A stretch of DNA of 64,000 nt from Ylistrum balloti. Taxonomy: Eukaryota. The notes below the pieces were generated by a model that was given only the letters and a program-made list of their open reading frames with translations, made no database searches and was not told where the DNA came from. Of this stretch, positions 49,711 through 63,766 are shown one piece after another. Within the stretch, counting starts at the first letter, position 1. Every line of letters starts with the position of its first letter. Location: contig NW_026782004.1 in NCBI RefSeq assembly GCF_031769215.1, positions 186,001-250,000 on the forward strand, read 5' to 3'. Made by a program: the position numbers and the translations under genes.

Positions 49711-50039
49711 AAAACAGAGAAGAGAATAGAAGGAAAAGAGCATATAAAGATCAAACAATAGTGGGCTCTAAGATACCTCTGGGATCTCGTGTTACGTTAT
49801 ACATACACTGTGAAACTAAAAAAAAAAAGTTCTTCGATCTAATAACAAAATCATCGGCAGTGAAAAGTTTTGAAAATAGACTGGTTTGTCCTCTGCAACG
49901 TTTTCTTCATCAACAGGTGAGGGGTACTGAACAAATGTTCTGCCAAATTAATTGTGATATCGACACAATTCAGTCGTTTAAAACAATTTAAAGTTCTCTA
50001 TGGCTTTTAACTTTACCAGAGTCTATCGTGAAATTAGCA

Positions 50040-50320
50040 AATATGACACTGACCGTCATACTTTTTAAATATAATAACTTTCAATCTCTGTATACTGATG
50101 GTTCAAAAACAGTCATAAGGTCTCGTCGGCCATTGTATAATTATACAGTACTGATGCAGTGCTAGGATTCCGGCTACCGAACACAGCTTCATTTCCCCCG
50201 CAGAAGTACTATCTTCTTGGCCCTTCAACACATAAAAGATAAAAAAATAAATCCAACAATTGTTTATTCGCATTCTGTTTTTGTTTTACAAAGTCATAGT
50301 AGGAAAAATCTGGACAATTT
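50040..50320 (+). mobile_element. Decayed RNase H domain of a non-LTR retrotransposon (I/Nimb/Ingi-like)
   Basis: LYTDGSK at 50088-50108, then FRLPNTAS..AE..I.LALQHI...IVYS(H)S..VLQS with frameshifts. Confidence 0.7.
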
Positions 50321-50587
50321 TTTCTCTTACCCCGGACAGGAATATCCACAGTTTTTATCGGTGTGAGATTTTTTTCTATCTCACCTTAGGGTTGAGACAA
50401 GCTACACGCGGTTGAGACGGCCTCATCACTATAATCATACATTGTCTTTGAGTTTTTGTTTACAAACATTCTATTTAGTATTTTACAATCAGCGGGGGAA
50501 CAGGGTAAGAGAAAAATAATCATTCACCCCCTTTAGGATGAGACCGGGAATCTCAAACCTGTCTCACCCCAAAGGGGGTGAATGATT
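50319..50587. mobile_element. Small element with two inverted-repeat pairs (MITE-like)
   Basis: 14-bp IR at 50319-50332 / 50503-50516 and perfect 17-bp IR at 50518-50534 / 50571-50587. Confidence 0.55.
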
Positions 50588-51747
50588 CTATTAATCATTC
50601 CAATGCTCCAATACTGCTGCATGGTCTTACCCCATGCTATCCTGCTGAGTTCTGGGTATAGGGTAATACCAGGTAACAAAATATTACCACCCGTTAACTG
50701 CAAACTACTGTCATTGGTGTGTAACACCTGCTTATGTGTTATTAACACCACGTGTATTACACAACAATTAATATTAAAACATCTGACAATCAATACATTT
50801 TCAATTTGCATTCAGATGTGTTTTTTAATCTTCAAAGATGCTCATTCACCCGTTACGATACAGCCGTCATTTGACAGCACATTTGTTTCCTTTGGCGGGA
50901 ATACTTAGCTGACGTCACTGTAATTATGTCAGAAAGTAGCGGATGGTTTGTCGTATGATTTCGCACTTAAGGGACACACCTTTGGGGGATGTGTTCACAT
51001 TCATCTAGGCATATGTTTTGTATGGATAGTGTAAGGTACGTAAGATGTTACAGAAAGATTATTCAAATTCTAGTCAACTGTTCTTAAATCGTATACACGT
51101 GTACGAAGCAGGTGTTTACGAGAGGTAAATACATATGCTTCCTTATCGCGGAGTCAATTACATTTGATACAAATGTTTAAGGCTTTTACGAATGAACTAG
51201 AGTTTTAAACTAAATGTAGTTTTACCATGTAAATTCGCTACAAAGCATATGTTATATACAGAACTAGTAATACTGTTTTCCAATGGTGGTCAAAGAATTA
51301 GCGTTACCTCCAGTTGATATTGCGTGACAATGCTGAAAAAAACAAAGAGTAGACGAATAATCGAACTTCCAATGGAAAATGTTTAATATTTGTGAGATTA
51401 AGCATATCTACTAATTATAGTTTTAGGTAGAAATCTTCTCGAAAACTTCTTGTAATCTATAGGATCTGTTCTATGAACGTAAATGCACAAGTGCCTGGTA
51501 TAGCTTCAAAACTTCAGCTACATAAACATCGATGAACTTATCATTCAATTCCCCTTTCGAGACATCGCATTATTATTGTTTCATCAACTTGCTTTTGAAA
51601 TAACTTGGATTTCAATTTGGTCGGTAAACATTGACATGCTTACACGGTTTTCTTTTCAGGTCTAAGCGTGCCGACGACCCGTGGCAAACTATTCACGAAT
51701 CTGTCTTTAAGCTGTTTTAACCTGACCCGTTTTCAACAAGTATCGCG

Positions 51748-54700
51748 ATGAAGTACCATGGCTGGCGAAGGTATTTGGTGGCAATTTGGGCGTTTGTGGA
51801 GACCTTTCTATTCGCAGGGTTGTTGTATGGATGGGCTTCAGTGAATTGGGTACTGAAGCAAGAAAATGTGTACGCAGACCTTTGTCCTCAAACAACAGTC
51901 AATACAAATGCGACTTTTAATGGAAGCGCTGTGGTGTCGTACGATATTTTATCCGCGAATTCGACGACATTAAATGAGACTGATAGCGGCGGAATACCCA
52001 TTGGACGTGGGCGCCAGTGTAAACCTCAAGACGAGAAATTTGCTCTGTGTTTCACGATCGGTTCAGCACTATTCTGCGCAAGTTCGGCACTATTCGGACA
52101 TATCAACTATAAGTTTGGAACACGTATTACTCGAATATGCTCCATGTAAGTACAATCTAACGGTATCCTAGGGCTATATTTTCATTTGTTGTCCCCGATT
52201 TTATGTATTCAGTGAGTTACCGTATAGTGTTAATGGAAATTAACTGAGGGTTTTCAGGTGCACATGGCTTCCGGAAATGATTTGATTAACTCAATTTAAT
52301 GCATGTTGATGTACGACGCTACTCGATGATTCAGACACTTCGCGAAAAGTCACCATTTGTGATAGAATCACTTAACTATTCTTGACATTTATGTAGTGCA
52401 AACATACCAATGTAGGCTCACAACATTTGACAGATCACCGGAAATAAGACGGCACACACGTGGTTTACTATTGACGTCGTGACGGACTCTCACTATGTTA
52501 AAACTGCACCATAGAGTCGTTAAGGTAGATTAATAAAGGTAGAAACATTTTTTGTGGGTAACGTTCACTGCTGTTTAACACTAATGGTTGTGTCCTTGGT
52601 GACCTCATTAGCCTTTATCAAGAAATAAATAAATCAATAGATGGTGATGAACTATTTGACTTTTGCAGACAATTAGCTCAAGAAGTCACTAAAAGATAAA
52701 ACAAATTACTTGACTCTGTAAAAACTCTTAATGTCACAATGTCAGTTATTCTGTTTTGAATTGCTTCAATTGGAATCATTTGGTTTGCATTTTCGTAATG
52801 GCAGAGCCTCGATTAGAGTATTAGCTGTACATCCAGCTCCAAACATCTTTAACGTGATTAAGAAGAAGAAAAACCTGTATGACGTAGCTTCAATTATCCC
52901 ATCATCGTTGACAATAGTATATTAATTCTTAAATTTTATATGGAAATGTACCCTTCCTTTGTGTCTTTATTGCGGTTTCTAGAGGGTAAGCTACTCCATC
53001 ACCGTTTTTAGAACTTTACGACACGATTTTCTGTTCTATCTGTAGCATTCGCCTTTCAGGGGTTTATAGAATCATTCATATATGTTCTGCATGAAGTAGA
53101 CATTGGGTGAGTAAGGACAGGACAGTAATGACACAGTCGGTATTTACTTATAGGATCATCTGTGTTAGGAATTTTATACCTCTACGCATTTATACATTAC
53201 ATAATACATTTAAACACGAGCTAACTTTATTTGACAGGGTCATCTTCATGGCGGGAACTGTTATGTTCGCATTCGTGGACACAGGTAGATAACCTAATTA
53301 ATCGTTATCACTGTTTGTACAGTGTTTGAATTCGGCAAAGATATATACAGTTTGGAGTATTCCAATATATTATTAAATATATTTAAATATTTATTAAAGA
53401 TAACAATGCTTTTTTCAAATCGTAATGAAAGCTGATCATTGTTTCTGCGTTCTTTATGCTGAGAAATATTTTAGAATGCATTTATCGTTTAATACTGGCA
53501 TCCCTCTCCGTTCTATTGTAGAAAAACCTTGGCTGATATATCCCGGTTTGGCGTTCATTGGGATGGGCGGACTACCGCTATTGGTGACCAACGCCCAAGT
53601 AAGCAATAATCATAATAAATGTATGGTTTGAAGTCATACATATATTTTAAATTGATAAGAATACGAAATGATAAATATACAATTACTTTAATTTTTTTGT
53701 AGATCGGAAATTTGTTTCCCAAAGGAAGTTCGACGTGGATAGGACTTCTCTGTGGGGGATTCGATTGTTCATCAGCAATACAACTTCTGGTCAAGGTAAG
53801 TTGTCATTATTTGGATGCAGATTACATGATGTACAAATTTTTTACCATATCTTGCAACTCCAGGGTGATAATTTTCCGAATTCTACTTAGAACGTTTGCT
53901 GGTCTCTTGTCCCAGGTGGCGTATGAAGCCGGAGTAAGAATACAGTACTCATATGGTTTGTTGACTGGACTGCACTTGATGGTAGGCGTGAGCACCTTTG
54001 TCTTCCTTCCAAAATACTTCATTCCTCGTCCGTCAGAAACAGTGAGTACTGAAGTGGCCCAGGACGAAAAGGCGGTCGACCTTCTGGAGAACGAAAAGAT
54101 GGACCAAAGCGCCACCAACGAAAGTAGGCTTGTTTAAAGATGTTTACCAAATCGATATATCATATACTTGGCTATTTAACGACCATATTGGTGTAGGTGT
54201 AACTGATATTGGCAAAAGTTGCAAATTCACATTTCTTATAATTGGTTATCTATAGCAGATTGAAAATAAAAGCTGTCCTCAGATAATATCTTCTTATTGT
54301 AATATAGGCATAACACAACCTTGCTCTGTTACTAGTTACATTTTCCGTAGGGGTTGCTGTCATGGTGCCGTTATTCAACAATGATTTTCCTAATCAGCGA
54401 CAAACTGCGGACATAAAGCAGTATGTGCCACTCAATGCAAATAAATTCATCAGAATAATGACAAATTTTAAGATACTACATTTACCCCAAATTTTATGTT
54501 TCTAAATGTTTAAAGGGAGATGACATGCAGTGTTGTCATTGTTAGTTTCATGCCGTCCCATCACATCCTTATCCCAACCCGTCGCGCTCCATCACATCCG
54601 TATCCCAACCCGTCGCGCTCCATCACATCCGTATCCCAACCCGTCGTGCTCCATCACATCCGTATCCCAACCCGTCGCGCCCCATCACATCCTTATCCCA

Positions 54701-57700
54701 ACCCGTCGCGCCCAATGGTACCCTTGTCCCATCCCACCCATCATATCTTTATCTCATCTTGTCCCGTCGCCTCACATCCTTATCCCATTATGTCCCACTC
54801 CATCACATCCTTATCCCATCCCGTCGCGCTCCATCACGTCCTTATCCCATGCCGCCACGTCTCATTCTTATCCCGTCCCGCCCCATCACATCCTTATCCC
54901 ATCCCACCCAATCATATCCTAATCCCGTCCCGTCTAAACATATCCATCCAATCCCTTACGCAACATCCTATCCTTATCCCGTCCTGCATCATCATAGCCT
55001 TATCCTGTGCCTTCCCATCACTTCATTATCCCATCCCATCCCGCCCAATTATATCCTTATCCCATCCTGCCTCATCATAGCCTTATCCTGTGCCTTCCCA
55101 TCACTTCTTTATCCCGTCGCGCTCCATCATATCCTTATCCCATCCTGTCCCTCCCCATAATATCCTTATCCCATCCCGTCTCTCCCTAATCATATCCTTA
55201 TCCCATCCCCCCTAATCATAGCCTTATCCCATTCCGCCGAATCATATCCTGATCCCATCCCGTCCCATAATGTCCTTATCCCGTCCGCCTCATAATGTGC
55301 TGATCCTATCCCGCCCAATCATATCCATATCCCATCCCGCACAATCACATCCTTATCCCTTCCCATCGCGCCCCTATCACATCCTTATCCCATCATCCTT
55401 GCTTCGATGACGGGTCATGGCAAAACATCTAGCAGTACAGTATACTACATCTATTTTAATATATTAGTAATTAATGTGCTTTTCACCTGTAGTTTTGAAC
55501 AATTTTTTGTAGACGGTCAGGTTTACGAAAAGACGACATTTGAGGTGAGCGACGAAAAAGCTTCTGATACCCCCTCTCTAAAGGCATGTATGTTGTCTGC
55601 TACCTTTCTGCTACATGTCCTTTGGCTATGTTTGCTTCAGCTCCGTTTCTATTTCTTCCTGGCTTCCGTCAACACATATCTCCACAGAATCACAAATGAT
55701 GACAAATACAAAGGTAGGTAAACACTTACATAGGTAGGTAAATATATACACTAATTACGTGATAGGAACTAGACATAATAGAGCGTATTCTTTCAATTTC
55801 CTTCCAAAAAGTTTGCTGATGGTTTAAAGGTCAGTTCATACAACTAAGTAAAGTTGACCAAAGATAAATTAGAAATTGGAATTGTATCCCTGTATCCGTA
55901 ACAGGAAAACAGACATGTGGAATATAGATTTGACAGTTTCTGGTAGTAGATGGACCCGCCTTCAGTGTATCAATTAGTATTGTATTTGTTATTGTAGTGA
56001 GCTATTTTACGAATGTGATGATGTACACTATGCTCGGAGGATTGTTTTCCTCCATGTTCTCTGGAGTCGTGTATGACTGGCAGCGAAGGATGTTCAAAGG
56101 TATGTTGATTTGACTCTATAAAGTTACACTTGTACATCTTTGTACTGCTTGACAAAAGTCTATTGTTATTTCTGGTCTTTTATCGAATTTCACGTTGAAA
56201 AATTGAGCATATCTTTCATGATAATAAGATGTTCCTTTACAGAATTATAACAAAGTGTTAACACTTTATGTGTCTGCCGTATATCGAATGACATAATAAT
56301 TTATTCTGTTACTAACATCCTCACAGACTCATATCTGCCTTTCGTTATATTAATCTACGTTTTCCCAGTTACAAAATGAAATGTGTATAATTGTCACGTG
56401 CTACCTGATAGCTTAGTATGCATACTATGGAAAAACATTGTTTTCTGAGGTTTTAAATATTTAAATTAGTTTGATCAGTGATGAGAGTTAAAACTAATAA
56501 TACTGAAATGATGTTTAATAACTTGCCTACTTCATTTATACTTAAGTTAAAGTGACTGTCATTAATCAGCAGATTTAGAATCCAGACGGAAAATGATACT
56601 ATGCAATATGTTCACAGATAGTAGAGTGGCACTTAGGCGAAAGTTGATGCCAGCCATCTTGCCTTTGATGATCACGTGTGGACTAGGTGTCCTACTGTCC
56701 TTGCTGGTGCTCATTCCTTACGAAGAGGTCCTGTACTTTGTGTTTATCGTCATGACATTATATCGATCGTTTATCTACAGTATTGGTGCCGCCTACCTGA
56801 GTGCTATGTAAGACATTTTTAGTTACACCTCTTCTTTTGCTATCGTTATGTAACAAAACACGCTATCAGCAAAGTGATGATAAGTTTAAACTTAATTTAG
56901 TTATTTATCAAAGTAATTATATTTGTATTGTATCAAATTTCAACAACATCCTTTATTACAGCGAGTCCGGGAACGAGCCGATCGTGTATATCTGAATCCA
57001 TCTCCCGAATTCGATGTTTCAGTTATAAACAAATTATCGAACTGAAATAAATATTGAAGTTTTTCTTGTCTTTATTGTAACACAATTCATAAATCTAGCG
57101 ACACAGTTTATTCTAAATACATAATTTTCCTGACATATTAAAACCAAAGTGAATTTTATTTGCACTATAAATAAATACATCAATTATAAAATTGAAAAAT
57201 AAGCTGACTATTGTGCAAGCTTGAATACCTCACAGCCGTATAACTAAACTGATTTTGGACAAATCATGATAATAATAGAAAAGATTTTGCCTTGAGAATA
57301 ATAAAACAATATATTCACTCATTTACAATGTGTTCTTTTTTTATTTTATTTATCTTTTAACACAAATTTTAAAGTGTGTCTATTTTTACTGTCAATTTAG
57401 AGCTTTAAGAATGTATATTATGATGTAAATAAATAACTAATAATATCTTTTCGCAAGGTTTCCAAATGAGTACTTCGGCTTGTTGTATGGAGTTTGGATT
57501 ATTGTGGCTGGTTTAGTAGGCTTTCTACAGATCGCATTCTTCAGCTGGGCACAATCGTATATTGATGGACCCTTCCATGTAAGTGTTTTAAAATTTACTA
57601 TTGAAATAATGTTATATTAATTGTGGTTTCACACCGCCCTGATTAGATAGTTATTCCTTTGTTTAACTTTAAATTATCAGCTATTAAAATTTGTATGATT

Positions 57701-57857
57701 TCAAAAATGACTTATTAATTAAAAATGCAAACATACGATGAATATTTTTTTTTTGTTCTAGGCGGACTTGTTTTGCCTATGTTTTGTGTCCCTTTCGTTC
57801 ATCCATCCAGCTTATCAATGGTGGACTTGTCGGAGAGAGGCTTACAATCTATCGTAA
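51748..57857 (+). CDS. SLC43-family MFS transporter (LAT3/LAT4/SLC43A3-like), 510 aa. Exons 51748-52145, 53238-53284, 53522-53598, 53703-53795, 53916-54123, 55513-55713, 55998-56099, 56618-56807, 57458-57578, 57762-57857
   Basis: All GT-AG introns with consistent phases, total 1533 nt. SLC43 motifs: ETFLFAGLLYGWAS...VLKQE.VY.DLC, QDEKF.L.FTIGS, D.SS, QLRFYFF, RSFIY, FP.EYFG.LYG, F.HP; about 12 hydrophobic segments. A 5'UTR acceptor ends at 51659. Confidence 0.93.
54555..55400. repeat. 31-bp C-rich minisatellite (CCATCACATCC[G/T]TATCCCAACCCGTCGCGCT) decaying 3'-wards, in SLC43 intron 5
   Basis: Period 31 (54581 to 54612). It accounts for the Pro/His-rich ORFs in three frames. Confidence 0.9.
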
Positions 57858-58398
57858 CAGCATCTTTCCCAACTTCGGCATATCGGTTTTCCATTCTGAA
57901 TTCTTCGGGATAATTGTCCATAGTAAAGGAGATCATAACGATTTGTCACAAAACAAAACTAGCGAACAGCGTTGGTGCTTAGACTTAACAGAAATCGTAG
58001 CAATGTGAAATCATGGCATAATACCAATCATAGAGTTTTTCGACAGACACAGATTGGATTGTGATTTCTTTTAAAGTTTATTCCAGATTTCACGGAAGGT
58101 CAGATCCATGCTTATCAGCGTAGATGAATCGGCTCTCGCTGCATTTGCTATAGGTTCCATTTACTCTATGTAGCGGCGTATGTAAGCAGAAATGGTTGAC
58201 TAACAGAAATAAATATTGAAATACATTCTTAAATTTATTCTGACTACATGTTACACAACCTCTTCTCACAAAATTCAGTATTGAGACTTATAGTGTTCTA
58301 ATCGACTGTATTTCCACACGGTACACAGTGTTGAAGACAGTGACTTTGTAGTTGTTTGTAGTGCGTAGTTCATAAGTTTTGTTTGTTTCCGATGTGTT

Positions 58399-59475
58399 TA
58401 GGGTCATCATACCCGAAGATTCAAGATGTCATATAGTTGTCATGTTTCGTCGTGCGCCGTCGCCTTACGTAAACTTTCAAGTGACTTTGTTTCAATAACC
58501 AAAAGGCTCAGAATGTTGATATTCCGCCTATAGCGTGCAGGAGTGAAGGGCTACCAAATTTGTTAAAATGAATTACCTTGAACGGCTTTCAATGTCACAG
58601 ATGCCAAATATGTTTAAATGACTTTCCAATACACAAAAGGCAAATGATGCTGATATTAAGCCTGTAGCACCCTGGGACTACAAAGTTTAATTATATTATT
58701 GACCCACTTTCAAGGTCGCATGTGTCAAATGTGTTGAAATCTTTAAACAACTTCTTCTCAATAACCTAAAGACACATGGTGTTGATATTAGGCATGTAGC
58801 ATACTGGGATGAAGTTCAAGTTTGTTAAAATGTCTTTAAACAACTTCTTAATAACCAAAAGGACAAGGGTGCTGATATTTGGCCTGTGGTGTGATGGCAT
58901 AGAGGGCTAACAAGTTTGTTCCTTTTATTTATCTTAACTCACTTCAAGGTCACGGGTATCAAACATTTAAACATCTTTGAACGACTTCTCAGTAACCAAA
59001 AGACCCAGAGTGGTGATACTAGGTCTGTAGCATGTTTGGATGAAGGGCTATCAATTGTGTTCAAATGAATGACCTTGAAATATGTCAGAATCTTAAAAAA
59101 ACTTCTTCTGAATGACCAAAAGGCTTAGGGTGCTTATATTGGGTCTATGACATGCTGGGATGAAGTTTTATCAATTTTTTCATGTGATTGACCTTTTCTG
59201 TTTTTAAAGATCGCAGGGGTCAATTGTGTTAAAATCTTCAAACGATGACTTATCAATAATAAAATGGTCGAGGTTGGTTTAAAACGTAAGTGGATGAAGG
59301 GCTTCCAAATTTATTCAGATAATTGACCTTGACCTATAATAAAAGTCTCTGGTTAAATAAGTGAGATCTTAATCAACAAGCAGTAGGTCCGGAGTAATTG
59401 GTTGTTGAGAAATTTTGCATGTATAGGTCTTTATAATCAGATGACCGTTAAGACCCATGGGTCTTTTCTTTATTT
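58399..59475 (-). mobile_element. Old, degenerate copy of the 145-bp-core HINE family (opposite orientation to 1283-3428)
   Basis: atcagatgaccgttaagacccatgggtc at about 59438-59465 is the reverse complement of the 5' terminus. About 7 decayed units (aacaacttcttctcaataaccaaaag...aatgaatgaccttga). Confidence 0.8.
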
Positions 59476-61499
59476 TGACTAGATATAACGACATCTTTTG
59501 ACAAAAATATTGAGACTTTTGTATAATCTGTATTTTCCAAAGTTAACAGTGTTGACAGTGACATTTTAATTGTTTGCAGTGCTTATTTCGTTATTTTTAT
59601 GTTTTGCTTCCGATATTTCTATGTTTTTACTAATGTAAATTTCCTCAAGTGAGTACATAGTATTATAATATCGTACATTTCAATGTGATTTTACAAATAT
59701 AACGCATTACTTACATTTTAGTGATAACTACAAATGTGTACTAACTTCCTCAAGATCAAATGACCCATTGTATGTATTTACTTTGTTTTTAAGACAATTT
59801 ACACTGATCAAATATTTATTCGGGAAAGGAATTGATATAAGCTTAACGTTTCTTTTTTAACCCACATATACTATATACTATACGCATCAATCTGCTAAAA
59901 TTGTTGTGTAAAGTAAATTAAATATTTATATGCCACGGTTTAATTCATTCGAATATGACCACGCTTCACGTGCACTAGACGCTGTTATTAAAATATCACA
60001 TATATGATAATTACACATGAATTGGGTAACGGGGCTTATGCTTCTTTCTCCCTGTCCAGATTTTGACTTTTCTTTTGATCACTATGGATTTTCCTCATTC
60101 ATCTCCTAGGCTTCAAAAAATAGGCCCTTAGCATCCTAGACGAGTCGGAAGGACAAAACAACTGTATGGTGTAGTTTAATTCACTGCTTGACTTAATTGT
60201 AACCAACTCTAAAAGTTGTATCAGAAGGTGCTATTCACTTGTATGTCTTTTAAAGACCAATTTAAATAATGTTTTGTCATTTGCTGAAGCTTTATTCTGC
60301 ATTTCCCGATGAAATGTTATCTGTCATGAACATGTATCCCGTTTTTTATCCGTCAATTTTTCCCAAAATCAAATACCATTTTTAATGCATGTAGTATCTT
60401 TATACTAGTTTCCCCGGTAACATGTATCTAGGACAGTTATTTTTGTCTAAATACCTCTGTTTAGCTCCTCAGGATGATCAGATCATTCCATAATAGGTTT
60501 TTACTCGTGCTTTTTACTGGTGCTGAAAGAACAATACAAATAACTTTTATTTTGTAAACCGACACATTTTATATGGTTTTAAAAGAAACAGATAAGAATA
60601 TGTCGAGGTTAGTTTTAAATCAACAATGTGTTCAGATGTTTTGTATGCAATGTTATGTATGATTGTTGTACATGTATTTTTCATCTCCACTATTTGCATA
60701 TATTCTACTGTATCATGTGATGTCAATTGAACTGGTTCTTTAAGTGTATCATTGCATCGAGAGCCAATAAACGTTTTGCGTTAATGGTTGTTACAGTGTT
60801 ATCCATGAATTTGTGCGTTACACAAGTATACAAATATGTTATTGCCAAACAAATGACAACATATCATGTATTGTTTGTTAAACAGTCCAGTGTTAACACG
60901 AAATGTTGAAACAGAAATAAATGTTATTTTGTGCAACACTGTTTTTATGTATTTATTTATTCATTTTTTTTTCTTTTTGACGCTTTTAAAATTTTGTATG
61001 TGAATATATTTCACCTTGCTGTTGAATATTTATATTATTTGAAAATAATAATTCGAAATAAATGCAGCGATGGCAAAATGTGAACCAAAAAATATTCTTA
61101 TGGTTACAGGCTACAATGGACGTGAGACAGTGCTGTCATAATGACGAAACATAAACAAAATATTATAGGAGTTATTTTTTTAAAAAAAGAAGCAACAACA
61201 TGATCGCGATTAGGAAATGCTATGTCATTTAGAAGAACATGTGTTGAACAAAGTAACACCAGGTATACGTGTAGGTATCAAACATCTATCTTCATTTTCC
61301 ACAAGGAAATACATTTCTCAATGAGATCAAAGCGATGACCAGACAACTTTTCCAAAGTCTTCATTAATCTGTAGCTCTCGAAACAAAGTGGTATACATAT
61401 TAGTTTATCACGGAAACCAGGATAACGGGAAGAAGCGTAAGGATATCGACCAGCTGTGACCTCTTAACAAGAGATTGGAGGAGCAGTCACTTTATAGAA

Positions 61500-61910
61500 T
61501 ATAGAATAGGGAGGAAATTAAACTTATGCTTCACATTGCCAAGTGGTAATCTGTTTCTGTTAACAAGACGCTAGGGAAGCAAGGCTTGTCACTATCAAGA
61601 AATGGAAAATGGGCAAGGAGGAAATTATAATTTATGCTTAGTGGAAAGCTGATACGTTAGATATGTTACTATCTAGAAATGGAAAATTCGCAAGGAGGAA
61701 ATTAAAATGTTTTTAGTGGAAAGCGTTCATATTAATAAGAGAGAAATGGAGAGATCACAAGCGGGATCAAAATCCTATTTATCATACTGATAAACGGACA
61801 GCTGTTTCTGTTAACAAGGTGATGAGATAGCAAGATATGTTGCTATTAGAAACGGAAAGATCGCAAGGGGAAATAAGATTATGTTTATTATACTGCCTTA
61901 TGGAAAGCTA
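61500..61910. repeat. Degenerate 70-130-bp tandem repeats (gcaaggaggaaatta...gtggaaagc)
   Basis: Motif recurs 3-4 times. Confidence 0.55.
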
Positions 61911-63371
61911 AGGCGTGATACATGGCAGTCCATAGTGTTGACAAATCAGACGATTTTACTTCTCATCCAATTCGCCTATTCTGGTGTGTAGAAGTTTTCA
62001 ATTTTTCTTTTATATCGATGTGAACATCTTTTTGCGATATATTATCATCTGGTATTCCTTAGAGAAGAAATTTGCGCATATTTGAAGTTGATCTAAGCCT
62101 CAAGCACTTATGAGTTCTTGTCATAAATCCTCATGATTTGGTCTAATATACATGTATATTGAACTTGATATCTGGTTCGATGTATGCTTTTATCGACTGT
62201 TACTCGTGCGGCCTTTCCGACAACATTCTCCCGATTATTCGGACATGCAAAATCGAGAAAAAAAAAAGATTTATTCTAAACTGGACATTTGATCCAGTAC
62301 TTCATGAGGCAAAATTGATAGAATTTGAAGGTTTTTCCAGATTGTATTAAAGCAATGATATGTTTTCGATGAAGCAGAATCATCCCTACAGAAATTCATG
62401 GCTGCCATTGTATTATTTCTTGGTTCTCAATTTCTGAATTTTGATACAACCGAGTCATCGATTCACTTATTTGATTTTATGATAATAGTTCTGTTTGCAT
62501 CGCATTTTATGTATTCAAAGGTTAAGATTAAGGAAATCTAGACGAAATATGTCTTTGGTGTCTCCCTCTTAATAACTGTACCGAAAACACGCCAGCGAGT
62601 AACCTCTTTCAATATAATTTGATACATCAGAGCCATAGGATGTTGTAAAGTGCATCATACAGCTGTTTCATCCTTTCAGGGCGAGTTGATGATATTATCG
62701 GCTTACATTTTGAGACTTTAAAGGGACTGATGAAAACCAAATGGACTAAAACCTAGATTGGGAGATGCACTCATCCCATAATTCAATAAATGTGACAATT
62801 TTCATTTATCTGATATTTCCAAAAGTCAAGTGCATGTGTATATTCTGAACTGTAACACTATTCGAATAAGTTACAGCGTCTAGTGTATAAACTTCAAACA
62901 CATGTTTGTATAAACATTTCAATTTAAATACCAACACCTTTTTGTTGTGAGTGGTTCGTTAATTCTGCTTATAAACCTTGAAATTTAAAACTTCAGTATG
63001 CTTAGTCGCTACGATTCATTCAAATACGGATTTGTAAATATGTAAACACATTAGCATGTAAAAAGTCTTACATTTATTGATTCAGGTATTTAAGTCTCGT
63101 GACGATATAACTAGATGCATACGCGTATATGCAGAACAGTAAATGCCAAAGTTAACATCGATACTATTTTATTATGTTTATCTACGTTTGACTTCGGATA
63201 AAGGTGGTTGATATAGAAATACAGAATCTATTTTTAAACTGATAAACGTGAGGGGCAATAACACGTAACACACATATGAATTCCTAGGTCATAGCGTTCT
63301 ATCGACAGCAGTGTGTCGTCGTACTTGTAATGAGAACTGAGGTATTTTGCAATACAGTGTAAGTGCAAATC

Positions 63372-63766
63372 ATGAAGTACAACGGATGGCGAAAATACCT
63401 AGTGGCTCTTTGGGCCACAATAGAGACATTTTTGTTTGCTGGGCTACTATATGGATGGGCTCCATTGGTATGGATTTTTAAACAGGAAGACGTATATGCC
63501 AATTTATGCCAAATGAGCAGTAATATCTCCGTTTCCTACAACAATGTGTCAGCGAGTGAACAAAGCACGTATAATGTCATGACAATGAGGAGCAGCAGCG
63601 TGCCGACCACAGAGGCGGGCGTAGAACAGGACTTCACATGTCAACAACAGGATGATAAGTTTGCATTGGTTTTCACTATAGGATCAGCTATATTCTGTGC
63701 TAGTTCAGCAGCATGCGGAATTATCGTGTACAAGACAGGCACAAGAGTGACTCGTATTATCTCAAT
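63372..63766 (+). CDS. Second SLC43-family paralogue, first coding exon only (gene continues beyond window)
   Basis: MKYNGWRKYLVALWATIETFLFAGLLYGWAPL...QQQDDKFALVFTIGS... The phase-2 donor (AT|gtgggt) is at the same codon as in the first paralogue. Confidence 0.92.

Noticed and set aside
54520-55189. Several Pro/His/Ser-rich ORFs (up to 186 aa)
   Set aside because: They are translations of a 31-bp intronic minisatellite, open in all frames, inside SLC43 intron 5.
55494-55512. Upstream acceptor (ctgtag at ~55493) for SLC43 exon 6
   Set aside because: Wrong phase; it gives an immediate stop. The 55513 acceptor keeps frame.
61900-62760. Possible decayed coding sequence between the SLC43 genes
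   Set aside because: No identifiable motif in any frame.
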